Positions 49,350 to 60,549 of a stretch of DNA of 64,000 nucleotides are shown here, in pieces. Numbering within the stretch: the stretch's first letter is position 1; every line of letters begins with the position of its first letter. The DNA is from Hyaloraphidium curvatum SAG 235-1 (Eukaryota > Fungi > Monoblepharomycota): contig JAIVFI010000036.1 of assembly GCA_025558095.1 (NCBI GenBank), positions 124,001 through 188,000 on the forward strand. Reading direction: 5' to 3'. The notes under the pieces are model-generated. The model was given only the letters and a program-made list of their open reading frames with translations, did no database searches and was not told where the DNA came from. A program made the position numbers and the translations under genes.

Positions 49350-52300
49350 ATGGAGATTTCGGTCGGAGGAACCCGTGTGGCATTGTTTGGGGGGGCCAAG
49401 CTCGAGGAAACCGGATCACAAACCAATTACCAGGATTGGTTAATTGACATCAAGGCCAAGCTCCAGAGGGAGAGTGACTGGCAAATTGTGACTGGAAAGG
49501 TGGCAAAGCCCGTGGTAGGGCAGGGAGGAAAGACGGAAGATGATTTGTCAGCCTGGAACACGAAGGACCAGAAAGCTCAAGGGATCCTGGTAGGATCACT
49601 CTCTATTGGTCTCAAAAGGATCTGCAGCAGGATGGACACTGCTAAGGACATCTGGGACTACCTAGAGGAGCGTTTCGTGACGGAAAATGTGGCGCAGCAA
49701 GGGAATGCCGAGGTCCAGTACTACAGCTTTGAGTTCATCAAAACCGACCGGGTGGCTCCGAATTTTACCCGCTTCATGCAGAAAAAGATGGAAGTTGAAG
49801 CACTGGGAAAGCTGAAGGGAGATGACGATGATATGAGCATCTGGAGGAAAGTCCTGAAGGACCTACCTGAGTTCGATCAAGTCCGGGCCGAGATTGACGG
49901 CATTTGGCTGGGAGCACAGACCAAACACGAGTGGAAGACTGAAAATGGAGTGAAGAAACACCCTATCTTGAACGTTGCATACCTTCAGAAGAGGATGGAG
50001 ATGGAAGAGGAGACTATGATCAAGCGAGCTGAGCAAAATGGTGATACGTACTCACCTGGGGCAGCCAACATAACCGTGAATCCCGCTCCAAACACGTTGA
50101 TGTACGCTCTAAACCGTGGCAGGGGTCGCGGAGGATCACGGGGTGGCCATGGAGGTGACCGCGGGGGTTCAAGGGGTCGCGGGCGAGGGTTCGGAAATCG
50201 CGGGGGTCGGCAGGCCACGGCGGAGGGCGAAAACGGCTCGGGAATCACGTGCCTCTGCTGCGGGAAGGGTGGACACGTCAAGAAGGACTGCACCCATCGT
50301 GACAAAACCTGCAACAAGTGCGGAAAGGACGGTCATCTCGAGGCCGTGTGCTGGAGGAAGGACGATGGGAAAACGGCACGAGAGCAGCAGAACACGCTCA
50401 CCCTGGGCGATCTCCCCGATCTGGAAGATCGATTCGGCGCGTTCCTGTTCATGATGGAGGGCGGAATCGAGGGAAACGATGGGGAGACGACGGGGGACGG
50501 TGGATACGAAAAACCCCCGGAACACGTCGTGCACGCGGCGAAGACGGGCCAGGAGATGCGCGGCAGGCTGATGGGGGATAGCGGCGCGTCCGTGCACGCG
50601 AAGGGAATCAGGGAACTGCTCTACGGCATCAAGCCGTGCGATGCAGTTGATGTTCGAATGGGAAAAGGGATCGCGCGTGCGATCGAAGTCGGAAAGCTCA
50701 AGATCAAGCTCACCAATTCTGGCGACATCGTCACCCTGGAAGATGTGCTTTTCATCAAAGATCTTCCTGCAACGCTCATTTCGATTGGGAGACTAGGGCA
50801 GATGGGATACTACACGCTTCTGGGTCCGGATGGAGGGGCCATCACCAAGGGCGGCGACGTGCGGGGCACTTGCCGCATAGATCGTCACGTTTACTATCTC
50901 AACGCGGAAATCCTCAACGAGCATGACGAACAGATCATGCTGAGTGCTCAGGAAGGGGATTTGAGCGCGGAGATTGCGCATGGGCGCTGCGGGCACTACC
51001 CGATCGCGGCACTCAGGAAGGTTCAACAGGCTGGGATTGTGGATGGATTGGAGGAGTACGTGTTTGCTGGAAACCTCAACAACTTCTGTAAGGAGTGCGT
51101 GATGGGGAAGATGCATCAGTTGCCCTATCCGGAGTCGGAGCGGAAAGTCTCGCGGCCGTTTGAGCTGACTCACTGGGACCTGATACAATCGGACGTTGCA
51201 ACGGTGCATGGAGAACGCTGGGCATTGCATGCAGTCGACGAGTACACTTCTGCGGAGTTTGCGTTCCTATTGAAGCACAAATCGGAGGCGGAGGACTGGA
51301 TGATGCACTTTGCCGAGTGGGTGAAGAACCAGTTCAGCCTAAAGGTCGGATGCATGCGGGTCGATCCCGGAGGTGAATTCTCGTCAAAACGGCTCGAAGC
51401 GTACTGCAAGAACGAGGGAATCAAGTTGGAATCGTCGGTAACGAATCGGCCTGCGCAGAACGGAGTCATTGAGCGGCGGAACCGGACGGCTGAGGAAGGG
51501 ACCCGGACCATCCTGATCGACTCGAAAGCGCCGAAGTCGTTATGGGGATACGCACTGCATCATCACATCAACACACGGAATCGTTTGCCGAACACAAAGA
51601 CGTGGCAGAAAGGGTCTACGCCGTTTCAACTGCTGACTGGGAGACGGGCGAACATTAGCCACATCCGACGTTTCGGAGAAACGTGTTACGCGATCGTCGA
51701 CAAGGATAAGCGCGGCAAATGGGATGCTAAGGCGGTACAATGCCGCTACCTGGGAATGAGCTCGCGATCGAAGGCATTTACGGTCCAGAATCTTGAGACC
51801 GGGCGGATTTTTGACTCACGTGATGTCGTTTTCGAGGAACGCTGGTCAAACAAGACGCTCAAGAGCTACATGCAGGTTCTGGAAAGCAGAGTTTCGGTCG
51901 AAAAACTACCTGAGGACGCGGACCCGAGCGCTGTATTGAACCGTCGACTTGCAGTGGAGGAGTCGGCGCAGCCTGAGGAATTGGAGGCGTCACCGGAGAC
52001 GCCACGGCGGGTCCGTTCCGCAGATTCTATCGACGATGGCAACCAGGAGCATCGTGGGACACAGGGAGACCGTGTGCAGCGTCAACCTGAGCGCCAGGAG
52101 GCCGGGGGAGGAGGTCAAAGACTGGAAGTTGGAGGTACTCAACATCAATCTTCAAGTTCCGGCAGCCGAGGCGCGGATTTACGTCTGTCACGCGATCAAC
52201 GAGCTCAGAGCGAAAGTGAGGACGAGCTGGTGGCTCGTGGAAGAGGCTCTGGGAGCAGTGGAAGTGGCGATCCAGGGGGAGGAAAGGCAGTTGGTGGATC

Positions 52301-54590
52301 GCAACTTTCTGGTGATCGTGCGGCTAGGGAAGCCACAGACCAACGTGGGGAGCCTGGAGGAGCATCTTCATCAAGCAGCGGAGCTCAGGGAGGCGCTGGG
52401 GCGGCTGGAACGGGCTCTAAGATACCTTTACCTACAAGGTCATCCAGCAGAGCTCCAAGACCTCCTGGGGAGTGGTGGAAAGCCCCCAACACGAGCAACG
52501 AGAAGGAGATCAACGTGATCACGCTGGAATCGATCAATTTCCTGATGGAGGAGGTCCAGGACCACCTGGACTGGCAGGGACACCTACCAACTTGGGAGGA
52601 CATGGCACACATGGATGGAATCTTTGCTGCAAGCACTGGAGCACGTGTACCACGTGCGGCTAGGGAAGCCACAGACCAACGTGGGGAGCCTGGAGGAGCA
52701 TCTTCATCAAGCAGCGGAGCTCAGGGAGGCGCTGGGGCGGCTGGAACGGGCCCTAAGATACCTTTACCTACAAGGTCATCCAGCAGAGCTCCAAGACCTC
52801 CTGGGGAGTGGTGGAAAGCCCCCAACACGAGCAACGAGAAGGAGATCAACGTGATCACGCTGGAATCGATCAATTTCCTGATGGAGGAGGTCCAGGACCA
52901 CCTGGACTGGCAGGGACACCTACCAACTTGGGAGGACATGGCACACATGGATGGAATCTTTGCTGCAAGCACTGGAGCACGTGTACCACGGAACTATGCA
53001 GAGGCAATGCGTTCAGAGGATCGTGAGATGTGGGCCAAGGCAATGGAACGTGAGATTGGCAACTTCAAGAGCAGAGATGCGTACAACATCATGGGCTTGC
53101 CTGAGGGCAAGGAAAAATTCGCGGTTGGAAGCCAATTTGTATTTGACCTCAAACCTGGAGCTGATGGCAGCATTGTGGGGGAGGAAAACTACAAGGCTCG
53201 ATGGGTGGCAAGGGGTGATTGGCAGGATCCATCTTCTTTTGGTCAATCCTTTGCACCTGTACCTTCTGCTGCTGCTGTACGGCTTTTCTTTTGGCTTTCT
53301 GCTCAGAACAACATGATTGTACATCAGGCAGATGCAAACGCGGCATTCCTACAGGCTAAGCTCCAGGAGAACGAGGAAGTTTACTTGTATCCAGCTCAAG
53401 GGATGGATTTACCTGAGTTTACTGATGGAAGACCTACTGTAATTCGACCTGGAGTCGCGGTTTATGGACTTGTGCAAGCTGCACGTGCTTGGCACAGACA
53501 CCTGCACGAGATACTCACGGAGATGGGGCTTATACGTTGCTCAAAGGAGTACTGCATCTACTTTCTGCGGCAAGATGATTGGTTTCTTTTGATGATTATT
53601 CATGTGGACGACTTTGGATGTAGCTCAACGGACGAAAAACGGACGATTGCATTTCTTGAGGAGCTGGGAAAGCGGATTAAGATACGTTACATGGGTCGCA
53701 TGAAAAAGTTCCTGGCTTTGGAAATCAAGCAGGACGAGAAGGCTGGAACAATCACAATCAAGCAGTCCAACTACATCAAGAAAGCCTTGGAGGACTTCGG
53801 AATGGACACTTGCAATGCAGTTTCTGTACCTATGGACGTTGGGGTGAAGCTCAGGAAACGGAAGACGGAGTTGTCTGCTGCTGAGGAGCAGGAAATCGGA
53901 CGTTTTCCGTTCAGATCAATGGTGGGAAGTTGGATGTATGCTATGAACTTCACCAGGCCAGACATTGCCTTACCTATTATCACGGAGAGCCGTCATGGGA
54001 TGGCACCTACTCGTGAAGCAGTGGAGCAAGTCAAGAAGACAACCAGATACTTGAAGGGAACAGCTGACTTTGGCTTGGTTTACAAGAGGGATCCGAATCT
54101 GGACATGACCAAAGCATTGCATGGATATGCAGACGCCAGTTTTGCTGGGGATCTTGACACTGGGAAGTCAACAACTGGGGTTGTAGTGATGATGGGGAAC
54201 GGTCTTATCATCTACAAGTCGCAACTGCAACCAGTGGTGGCTCTTTCAACAACAGAGGCCGAGTACATGGCTCTATCTTATGCTGGACGTCAAGTTGCGT
54301 GGCTAAGGAGTTTATTGGAGGAATTGGGATTTCCTCAGCAAGGGCCAACAGTCATCAAGGAGGACAATGAGGGGGCTATCAAGCTGGCGCAGAATCCTGT
54401 CTTTCATGAACGTACCAAGCACATTGGAGTGCAGTACCATTTTGTGAGGGAGAAAATTGATAGTGGAGAGATACAGCTGGAGTACATCAACACAGAGGAC
54501 CAGCTTGCGGATCTGCTCACCAAACAGCTACCAAGGGAGAAGTTTCAACGTTTCAGGGCACTTATGGGAATTGTAGAGATTCGTGACTAA
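49350..54590 (+). CDS. Copia gag-pol polyprotein, copy 1 (1746 aa, intact)
   Basis: Two CCHC knuckles, protease DSGAS, integrase HHCC plus DDE, RT (YKARWVARG, HVDD) and RNase H (ADAS, KHI, QLADLLTK), in PR-IN-RT-RH order. Confidence 0.97.
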   Translation: MEISVGGTRVALFGGAKLEETGSQTNYQDWLIDIKAKLQRESDWQIVTGKVAKPVVGQGGKTEDDLSAWNTKDQKAQGILVGSLSIGLKRICSRMDTAKDIWDYLEERFVTENVAQQGNAEVQYYSFEFIKTDRVAPNFTRFMQKKMEVEALGKLKGDDDDMSIWRKVLKDLPEFDQVRAEIDGIWLGAQTKHEWKTENGVKKHPILNVAYLQKRMEMEEETMIKRAEQNGDTYSPGAANITVNPAPNTLMYALNRGRGRGGSRGGHGGDRGGSRGRGRGFGNRGGRQATAEGENGSGITCLCCGKGGHVKKDCTHRDKTCNKCGKDGHLEAVCWRKDDGKTAREQQNTLTLGDLPDLEDRFGAFLFMMEGGIEGNDGETTGDGGYEKPPEHVVHAAKTGQEMRGRLMGDSGASVHAKGIRELLYGIKPCDAVDVRMGKGIARAIEVGKLKIKLTNSGDIVTLEDVLFIKDLPATLISIGRLGQMGYYTLLGPDGGAITKGGDVRGTCRIDRHVYYLNAEILNEHDEQIMLSAQEGDLSAEIAHGRCGHYPIAALRKVQQAGIVDGLEEYVFAGNLNNFCKECVMGKMHQLPYPESERKVSRPFELTHWDLIQSDVATVHGERWALHAVDEYTSAEFAFLLKHKSEAEDWMMHFAEWVKNQFSLKVGCMRVDPGGEFSSKRLEAYCKNEGIKLESSVTNRPAQNGVIERRNRTAEEGTRTILIDSKAPKSLWGYALHHHINTRNRLPNTKTWQKGSTPFQLLTGRRANISHIRRFGETCYAIVDKDKRGKWDAKAVQCRYLGMSSRSKAFTVQNLETGRIFDSRDVVFEERWSNKTLKSYMQVLESRVSVEKLPEDADPSAVLNRRLAVEESAQPEELEASPETPRRVRSADSIDDGNQEHRGTQGDRVQRQPERQEAGGGGQRLEVGGTQHQSSSSGSRGADLRLSRDQRAQSESEDELVARGRGSGSSGSGDPGGGKAVGGSQLSGDRAAREATDQRGEPGGASSSSSGAQGGAGAAGTGSKIPLPTRSSSRAPRPPGEWWKAPNTSNEKEINVITLESINFLMEEVQDHLDWQGHLPTWEDMAHMDGIFAASTGARVPRAAREATDQRGEPGGASSSSSGAQGGAGAAGTGPKIPLPTRSSSRAPRPPGEWWKAPNTSNEKEINVITLESINFLMEEVQDHLDWQGHLPTWEDMAHMDGIFAASTGARVPRNYAEAMRSEDREMWAKAMEREIGNFKSRDAYNIMGLPEGKEKFAVGSQFVFDLKPGADGSIVGEENYKARWVARGDWQDPSSFGQSFAPVPSAAAVRLFFWLSAQNNMIVHQADANAAFLQAKLQENEEVYLYPAQGMDLPEFTDGRPTVIRPGVAVYGLVQAARAWHRHLHEILTEMGLIRCSKEYCIYFLRQDDWFLLMIIHVDDFGCSSTDEKRTIAFLEELGKRIKIRYMGRMKKFLALEIKQDEKAGTITIKQSNYIKKALEDFGMDTCNAVSVPMDVGVKLRKRKTELSAAEEQEIGRFPFRSMVGSWMYAMNFTRPDIALPIITESRHGMAPTREAVEQVKKTTRYLKGTADFGLVYKRDPNLDMTKALHGYADASFAGDLDTGKSTTGVVVMMGNGLIIYKSQLQPVVALSTTEAEYMALSYAGRQVAWLRSLLEELGFPQQGPTVIKEDNEGAIKLAQNPVFHERTKHIGVQYHFVREKIDSGEIQLEYINTEDQLADLLTKQLPREKFQRFRALMGIVEIRD
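52317..52990 (+). repeat. 336-bp in-frame tandem duplication inside pol (copy 1)
   Basis: Units start at 52317 and 52653; 112 aa are repeated. Confidence 0.95.
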
Positions 54591-54638
54591 CTTTGGGGAT
54601 TTCTGGACACTTCTTGGGAATCTTGCAACGAGGGGGAG

Positions 54639-54862
54639 TGTTGGAATGGATCGTTGCTACGATTCTGTATCAATAGGGAGTCTATTGGCGTGTGGGGATA
54701 CTTGGGTACGATCGGAGGGGTCATCTAGGGACTTGTCATCACAAGGGAATGGACAACGGGTCAACGTGAAACTGTCCCTCTCCCCATCCCGTCCATCTGA
54801 GTTCTGACCCGGTTCAGACCACTGGGGCTACGTCTTCCCCACGCCCCATAGCCACTCCAACA
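54639..54862 (+). repeat. LTR 2 (shared central LTR)
   Basis: Preceded by PPT GAGGGGGAG and followed by the PBS. Confidence 0.95.
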
Positions 54863-55036
54863 GGTCTATGAGCCCAAAGGGTGTCCAGAACACTTTTGCG
54901 CGGCTTTGAAGTTGCGTGTGGCGCAACCAGCCGAGGGGACCGCATCCAGCTGAGTCTGGTCTCCAGGACCGCCTGGGTGGACTCAGTGGGCGCTAGAAAG
55001 AGCGCGTGAAGCACTAGAGGTGCTGCGGCGGCCGGG

Positions 55037-58000
55037 ATGGAGATTTCGGTCGGAGGAACCCGTGTGGCATTGTTTGGGGGGGCCAAGCTCGAGGAAACCG
55101 GATCACAAACCAATTACCAGGATTGGTTAATTGACATCAAGGCCAAGCTCCAGAGGGAGAGTGACTGGCAAATTGTGACTGGAAAGGTGGCAAAGCCCGT
55201 GGTAGGGCAGGGAGGAAAGACGGAAGATGATTTGTCAGCCTGGAACACGAAGGACCAGAAAGCTCAAGGGATCCTGGTAGGATCACTCTCTATTGGTCTC
55301 AAAAGGATCTGCAGCAGGATGGACACTGCTAAGGACATCTGGGACTACCTAGAGGAGCGTTTCGTGACGGAAAATGTGGCGCAGCAAGGGAATGCCGAGG
55401 TCCAGTACTACAGCTTTGAGTTCATCAAAACCGACCGGGTGGCTCCGAATTTTACCCGCTTCATGCAGAAAAAGATGGAAGTTGAAGCACTGGGAAAGCT
55501 GAAGGGAGATGACGATGATATGAGCATCTGGAGGAAAGTCCTGAAGGACCTACCTGAGTTCGATCAAGTCCGGGCCGAGATTGACGGCATTTGGCTGGGA
55601 GCACAGACCAAACACGAGTGGAAGACTGAAAATGGAGTGAAGAAACACCCTATCTTGAACGTTGCATACCTTCAGAAGAGGATGGAGATGGAAGAGGAGA
55701 CTATGATCAAGCGAGCTGAGCAAAATGGTGATACGTACTCACCTGGGGCAGCCAACATAACCGTGAATCCCGCTCCAAACACGTTGATGTACGCTCTAAA
55801 CCGTGGCAGGGGTCGCGGAGGATCACGGGGTGGCCATGGAGGTGACCGCGGGGGTTCAAGGGGTCGCGGGCGAGGGTTCGGAAATCGCGGGGGTCGGCAG
55901 GCCACGGCGGAGGGCGAAAACGGCTCGGGAATCACGTGCCTCTGCTGCGGGAAGGGTGGACACGTCAAGAAGGACTGCACCCATCGTGACAAAACCTGCA
56001 ACAAGTGCGGAAAGGACGGTCATCTCGAGGCCGTGTGCTGGAGGAAGGACGATGGGAAAACGGCACGAGAGCAGCAGAACACGCTCACCCTGGGCGATCT
56101 CCCCGATCTGGAAGATCGATTCGGCGCGTTCCTGTTCATGATGGAGGGCGGAATCGAGGGAAACGATGGGGAGACGACGGGGGACGGTGGATACGAAAAA
56201 CCCCCGGAACACGTCGTGCACGCGGCGAAGACGGGCCAGGAGATGCGCGGCAGGCTGATGGGGGATAGCGGCGCGTCCGTGCACGCGACGGGAATCAGGG
56301 AACTGCTCTACGGCATCAAGCCGTGCGATGCAGTTGATGTTCGAATGGGAAAAGGGATCGCGCGTGCGATCGAAGTCGGAAAGCTCAAGATCAAGCTCAC
56401 CAATTCTGGCGACATCGTCACCCTGGAAGATGTGCTTTTCATCAAATATCTTCCTGCAACGCTCATTTCGATTGGGAGACTAGGGCAGATGGGATACTAC
56501 ACGCTTCTGGGTCCGGATGGAGGGGCCATCACCAAGGGCGGCGACGTGCGGGGCACTTGCCGCATAGATCGTCACGTTTACTATCTCAACGCGGAAATCC
56601 TCAACGAGCATGACGAACAGATCATGCTGAGTGCTCAGGAAGGGGATTTGAGCGCGGAGATTGCGCATGGGCGCTGCGGGCACTACCCGATCGCGGCACT
56701 CAGGAAGGTTCAACAGGCTGGGATTGTGGATGGATTGGAGGAGTACGTGTTTGCTGGAAACCTCAACAACTTCTGTAAGGAGTGCGTGATGGGGAAGATG
56801 CATCAGTTGCCCTATCCGGAGTCGGAGCGGAAAGTCTCGCGGCCGTTTGAGCTGACTCACTGGGACCTGATACAATCGGACGTTGCAACGGTGCATGGAG
56901 AACGCTGGGCATTGCATGCAGTCGACGAGTACACTTCTGCGGAGTTTGCGTTCCTATTGAAGCACAAATCGGAGGCGGAGGACTGGATGATGCACTTTGC
57001 CGAGTGGGTGAAGAACCAGTTCAGCCTAAAGGTCGGATGCATGCGGGTCGATCCCGGAGGTGAATTCTCGTCAAAACGGCTCGAAGCGTACTGCAAGAAC
57101 GAGGGAATCAAGTTGGAATCGTCGGTAACGAATCGGCCTGCGCAGAACGGAGTCATTGAGCGGCGGAACCGGACGGCTGAGGAAGGGACCCGGACCATCC
57201 TGATCGACTCGAAAGCGCCGAAGTCGTTATGGGGATACGCACTGCATCATCACATCAACACACGGAATCGTTTGCCGAACACAAAGACGTGGCAGAAAGG
57301 GTCTACGCCGTTTCAACTGCTGACTGGGAGACGGGCGAACATTAGCCACATCCGACGTTTCGGAGAAACGTGTTACGCGATCGTCGACAAGGATAAGCGC
57401 GGCAAATGGGATGCTAAGGCGGTACAATGCCGCTACCTGGGAATGAGCTCGCGATCGAAGGCATTTACGGTCCAGAATCTTGAGACCGGGCGGATTTTTG
57501 ACTCACGTGATGTCGTTTTCGAGGAACGCTGGTCAAACAAGACGCTCAAGAGCTACATGCAGGTTCTGGAAAGCAGAGTTTCGGTCGAAAAACTACCTGA
57601 GGACGCGGACCCGAGCGCTGTATTGAACCGTCGACTTGCAGTGGAGGAGTCGGCGCAGCCTGAGGAATTGGAGGCGTCACCGGAGACGCCACGGCGGGTC
57701 CGTTCCGCAGATTCTATCGACGATGGCAACCAGGAGCATCGTGGGACACAGGGAGACCGTGTGCAGCGTCAACCTGAGCGCCAGGAGGCCGGGGGAGGAG
57801 GTCAAAGACTGGAAGTTGGAGGTACTCAACATCAATCTTCAAGTTCCGGCAGCCGAGGCGCGGATTTACGTCTGTCACGCGATCAACGAGCTCAGAGCGA
57901 AAGTGAGGACGAGCTGGTGGCTCGTGGAAGAGGCTCTGGGAGCAGTGGAAGTGGCGATCCAGGGGGAGGAAAGGCAGTTGGTGGATCGCAACTTGCTGGT

Positions 58001-60277
58001 GATCGTGCGGCTAGGGAAGCCACAGACCAACGTGGGGAGCCTGGAGGAGCATCTTCATCAAGCAGCGGAGCTCAGGGAGGCGCTGGGGCGGCTGGAACGG
58101 GCTCTAAGATACCTTTACCTACAAGGTCATCCAGCAGAGCTCCAAGACCTCCTGGGGAGTGGTGGAAAGCCCCCAACACGAGCAACGAGAAGGAGATCAA
58201 CGTGATCACGCTGGAATCGATCAATTTCCTGATGGAGGAGGTCCAGGACCACCTGGACTGGCAGGGACACCTACCAACTTGGGAGGACATGGCACACATG
58301 GATGGAATCTTTGCTGCAAGCACTGGAGCACGTGTACCACGTGCGGCTAGGGAAGCCACAGACCAACGTGGGGAGCCTGGAGGAGCATCTTCATCAAGCA
58401 GCGGAGCTCAGGGAGGCGCTGGGGCGGCTGGAACGGGCTCTAAGATACCTTTACCTACAAGGTCATCCAGCAGAGCTCCAAGACCTCCTGGGGAGTGGTG
58501 GAAAGCCCCCAACACGAGCAACGAGAAGGAGATCAACGTGATCACGCTGGAATCGATCAATTTCCTGATGGAGGAGGTCCAGGACCACCTGGACTGGCAG
58601 GGACACCTACCAACTTGGGAGGACATGGCACACATGGATGGAATCTTTGCTGCAAGCACTGGAGCACGTGTACCACGGAACTATGCAGAGGCAATGCGTT
58701 CAGAGGATCGTGAGATGTGGGCCAAGGCAATGGAACGTGAGATTGGCAACTTCAAGAGCAGAGATGCGTACAACATCATGGGCTTGCCTGAGGGCAAGGA
58801 AAAATTCGCGGTTGGAAGCCAATTTGTATTTGACCTCAAACCTGGAGCTGATGGCAGCATTGTGGGGGAGGAAAACTACAAGGCTCGATGGGTGGCAAGG
58901 GGTGATTGGCAGGATCCATCTTCTTTTGGTCAATCCTTTGCACCTGTACCTTCTGCTGCTGCTGTACGGCTTTTCTTTTGGCTTTCTGCTCAGAACAACA
59001 TGATTGTACATCAGGCAGATGCAAACGCGGCATTCCTACAGGCTAAGCTCCAGGAGAACGAGGAAGTTTACTTGTATCCAGCTCAAGGGATGGATTTACC
59101 TGAGTTTACTGATGGAAGACCTACTGTAATTCGACCTGGAGTCGCGGTTTATGGACTTGTGCAAGCTGCACGTGCTTGGCACAGACACCTGCACGAGATA
59201 CTCACGGAGATGGGGCTTATACGTTGCTCAAAGGAGTACTGCATCTACTTTCTGCGGCAAGATGATTGGTTTCTTTTGATGATTATTCATGTGGACGACT
59301 TTGGATGTAGCTCAACGGACGAAAAACGGACGATTGCATTTCTTGAGGAGCTGGGAAAGCGGATTAAGATACGTTACATGGGTCGCATGAAAAAGTTCCT
59401 GGCTTTGGAAATCAAGCAGGACGAGAAGGCTGGAACAATCACAATCAAGCAGTCCAACTACATCAAGAAAGCCTTGGAGGACTTCGGAATGGACACTTGC
59501 AATGCAGTTTCTGTACCTATGGACGTTGGGGTGAAGCTCAGGAAACGGAAGACGGAGTTGTCTGCTGCTGAGGAGCAGGAAATCGGACGTTTTCCGTTCA
59601 GATCAATGGTGGGAAGTTGGATGTATGCTATGAACTTCACCAGGCCAGACATTGCCTTACCTATTATCACGGAGAGCCGTCATGGGATGGCACCTACTCG
59701 TGAAGCAGTGGAGCAAGTCAAGAAGACAACCAGATACTTGAAGGGAACAGCTGACTTTGGCTTGGTTTACAAGAGGGATCCGAATCTGGACATGACCAAA
59801 GCATTGCATGGATATGCAGACGCCAGTTTTGCTGGGGATCTTGACACTGGGAAGTCAACAACTGGGGTTGTAGTGATGATGGGGAACGGTCTTATCATCT
59901 ACAAGTCGCAACTGCAACCAGTGGTGGCTCTTTCAACAACAGAGGCCGAGTACATGGCTCTATCTTATGCTGGACGTCAAGTTGCGTGGCTAAGGAGTTT
60001 ATTGGAGGAATTGGGATTTCCTCAGCAAGGGCCAACAGTCATCAAGGAGGACAATGAGGGGGCTATCAAGCTGGCGCAGAATCCTGTCTTTCATGAACGT
60101 ACCAAGCACATTGGAGTGCAGTACCATTTTGTGAGGGAGAAAATTGATAGTGGAGAGATACAGCTGGAGTACATCAACACAGAGGACCAGCTTGCGGATC
60201 TGCTCACCAAACAGCTACCAAGGGAGAAGTTTCAACGTTTCAGGGCACTTATGGGAATTGTAGAGATTCGTGACTAA
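55037..60277 (+). CDS. Copia gag-pol polyprotein, copy 2 (1746 aa, intact)
   Basis: Same as copy 1 except four amino-acid differences seen. Confidence 0.97.
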   Translation: MEISVGGTRVALFGGAKLEETGSQTNYQDWLIDIKAKLQRESDWQIVTGKVAKPVVGQGGKTEDDLSAWNTKDQKAQGILVGSLSIGLKRICSRMDTAKDIWDYLEERFVTENVAQQGNAEVQYYSFEFIKTDRVAPNFTRFMQKKMEVEALGKLKGDDDDMSIWRKVLKDLPEFDQVRAEIDGIWLGAQTKHEWKTENGVKKHPILNVAYLQKRMEMEEETMIKRAEQNGDTYSPGAANITVNPAPNTLMYALNRGRGRGGSRGGHGGDRGGSRGRGRGFGNRGGRQATAEGENGSGITCLCCGKGGHVKKDCTHRDKTCNKCGKDGHLEAVCWRKDDGKTAREQQNTLTLGDLPDLEDRFGAFLFMMEGGIEGNDGETTGDGGYEKPPEHVVHAAKTGQEMRGRLMGDSGASVHATGIRELLYGIKPCDAVDVRMGKGIARAIEVGKLKIKLTNSGDIVTLEDVLFIKYLPATLISIGRLGQMGYYTLLGPDGGAITKGGDVRGTCRIDRHVYYLNAEILNEHDEQIMLSAQEGDLSAEIAHGRCGHYPIAALRKVQQAGIVDGLEEYVFAGNLNNFCKECVMGKMHQLPYPESERKVSRPFELTHWDLIQSDVATVHGERWALHAVDEYTSAEFAFLLKHKSEAEDWMMHFAEWVKNQFSLKVGCMRVDPGGEFSSKRLEAYCKNEGIKLESSVTNRPAQNGVIERRNRTAEEGTRTILIDSKAPKSLWGYALHHHINTRNRLPNTKTWQKGSTPFQLLTGRRANISHIRRFGETCYAIVDKDKRGKWDAKAVQCRYLGMSSRSKAFTVQNLETGRIFDSRDVVFEERWSNKTLKSYMQVLESRVSVEKLPEDADPSAVLNRRLAVEESAQPEELEASPETPRRVRSADSIDDGNQEHRGTQGDRVQRQPERQEAGGGGQRLEVGGTQHQSSSSGSRGADLRLSRDQRAQSESEDELVARGRGSGSSGSGDPGGGKAVGGSQLAGDRAAREATDQRGEPGGASSSSSGAQGGAGAAGTGSKIPLPTRSSSRAPRPPGEWWKAPNTSNEKEINVITLESINFLMEEVQDHLDWQGHLPTWEDMAHMDGIFAASTGARVPRAAREATDQRGEPGGASSSSSGAQGGAGAAGTGSKIPLPTRSSSRAPRPPGEWWKAPNTSNEKEINVITLESINFLMEEVQDHLDWQGHLPTWEDMAHMDGIFAASTGARVPRNYAEAMRSEDREMWAKAMEREIGNFKSRDAYNIMGLPEGKEKFAVGSQFVFDLKPGADGSIVGEENYKARWVARGDWQDPSSFGQSFAPVPSAAAVRLFFWLSAQNNMIVHQADANAAFLQAKLQENEEVYLYPAQGMDLPEFTDGRPTVIRPGVAVYGLVQAARAWHRHLHEILTEMGLIRCSKEYCIYFLRQDDWFLLMIIHVDDFGCSSTDEKRTIAFLEELGKRIKIRYMGRMKKFLALEIKQDEKAGTITIKQSNYIKKALEDFGMDTCNAVSVPMDVGVKLRKRKTELSAAEEQEIGRFPFRSMVGSWMYAMNFTRPDIALPIITESRHGMAPTREAVEQVKKTTRYLKGTADFGLVYKRDPNLDMTKALHGYADASFAGDLDTGKSTTGVVVMMGNGLIIYKSQLQPVVALSTTEAEYMALSYAGRQVAWLRSLLEELGFPQQGPTVIKEDNEGAIKLAQNPVFHERTKHIGVQYHFVREKIDSGEIQLEYINTEDQLADLLTKQLPREKFQRFRALMGIVEIRD
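58004..58677 (+). repeat. 336-bp in-frame tandem duplication inside pol (copy 2)
   Basis: Same duplication offset by 5687 bp. Confidence 0.95.
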
Positions 60278-60325
60278 CTTTGGGGATTTCTGGACACTTC
60301 TTGGGAATCTTGCAACGAGGGGGAG

Positions 60326-60549
60326 TGTTGGAATGGATCGTTGCTACGATTCTGTATCAATAGGGAGTCTATTGGCGTGTGGGGATACTTGGGTACGATC
60401 GGAGGGGTCATCTAGGGACTTGTCATCACAAGGGAATGGACAACGGGTCAACGTGAAACTGTCCCTCTCCCCATCCCGTCCATCTGAGTTCTGACCCGGT
60501 TCAGACCACTGGGGCTACGTCTTCCCCACGCCCCATAGCCACTCCAACA
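60326..60549 (+). repeat. LTR 3
   Basis: Preceded by the PPT and followed by TSD TGATC. Confidence 0.95.

Larger units (their letters stand above)
48952..60549 (+). mobile_element. Tandem Ty1/copia dimer (LTR-int-LTR-int-LTR) with 5-bp TSD TGATC
   Basis: Three LTRs at a 5687-bp period; TGATC at 48947-48951 and 60550-60554; the empty site is visible at ~61667-61671. Confidence 0.97.

Noticed and set aside
49127-49426. Antisense 99-aa ORF over the LTR and leader (also 54814-55113)
   Set aside because: No recognisable features; repeated only because the element is duplicated.
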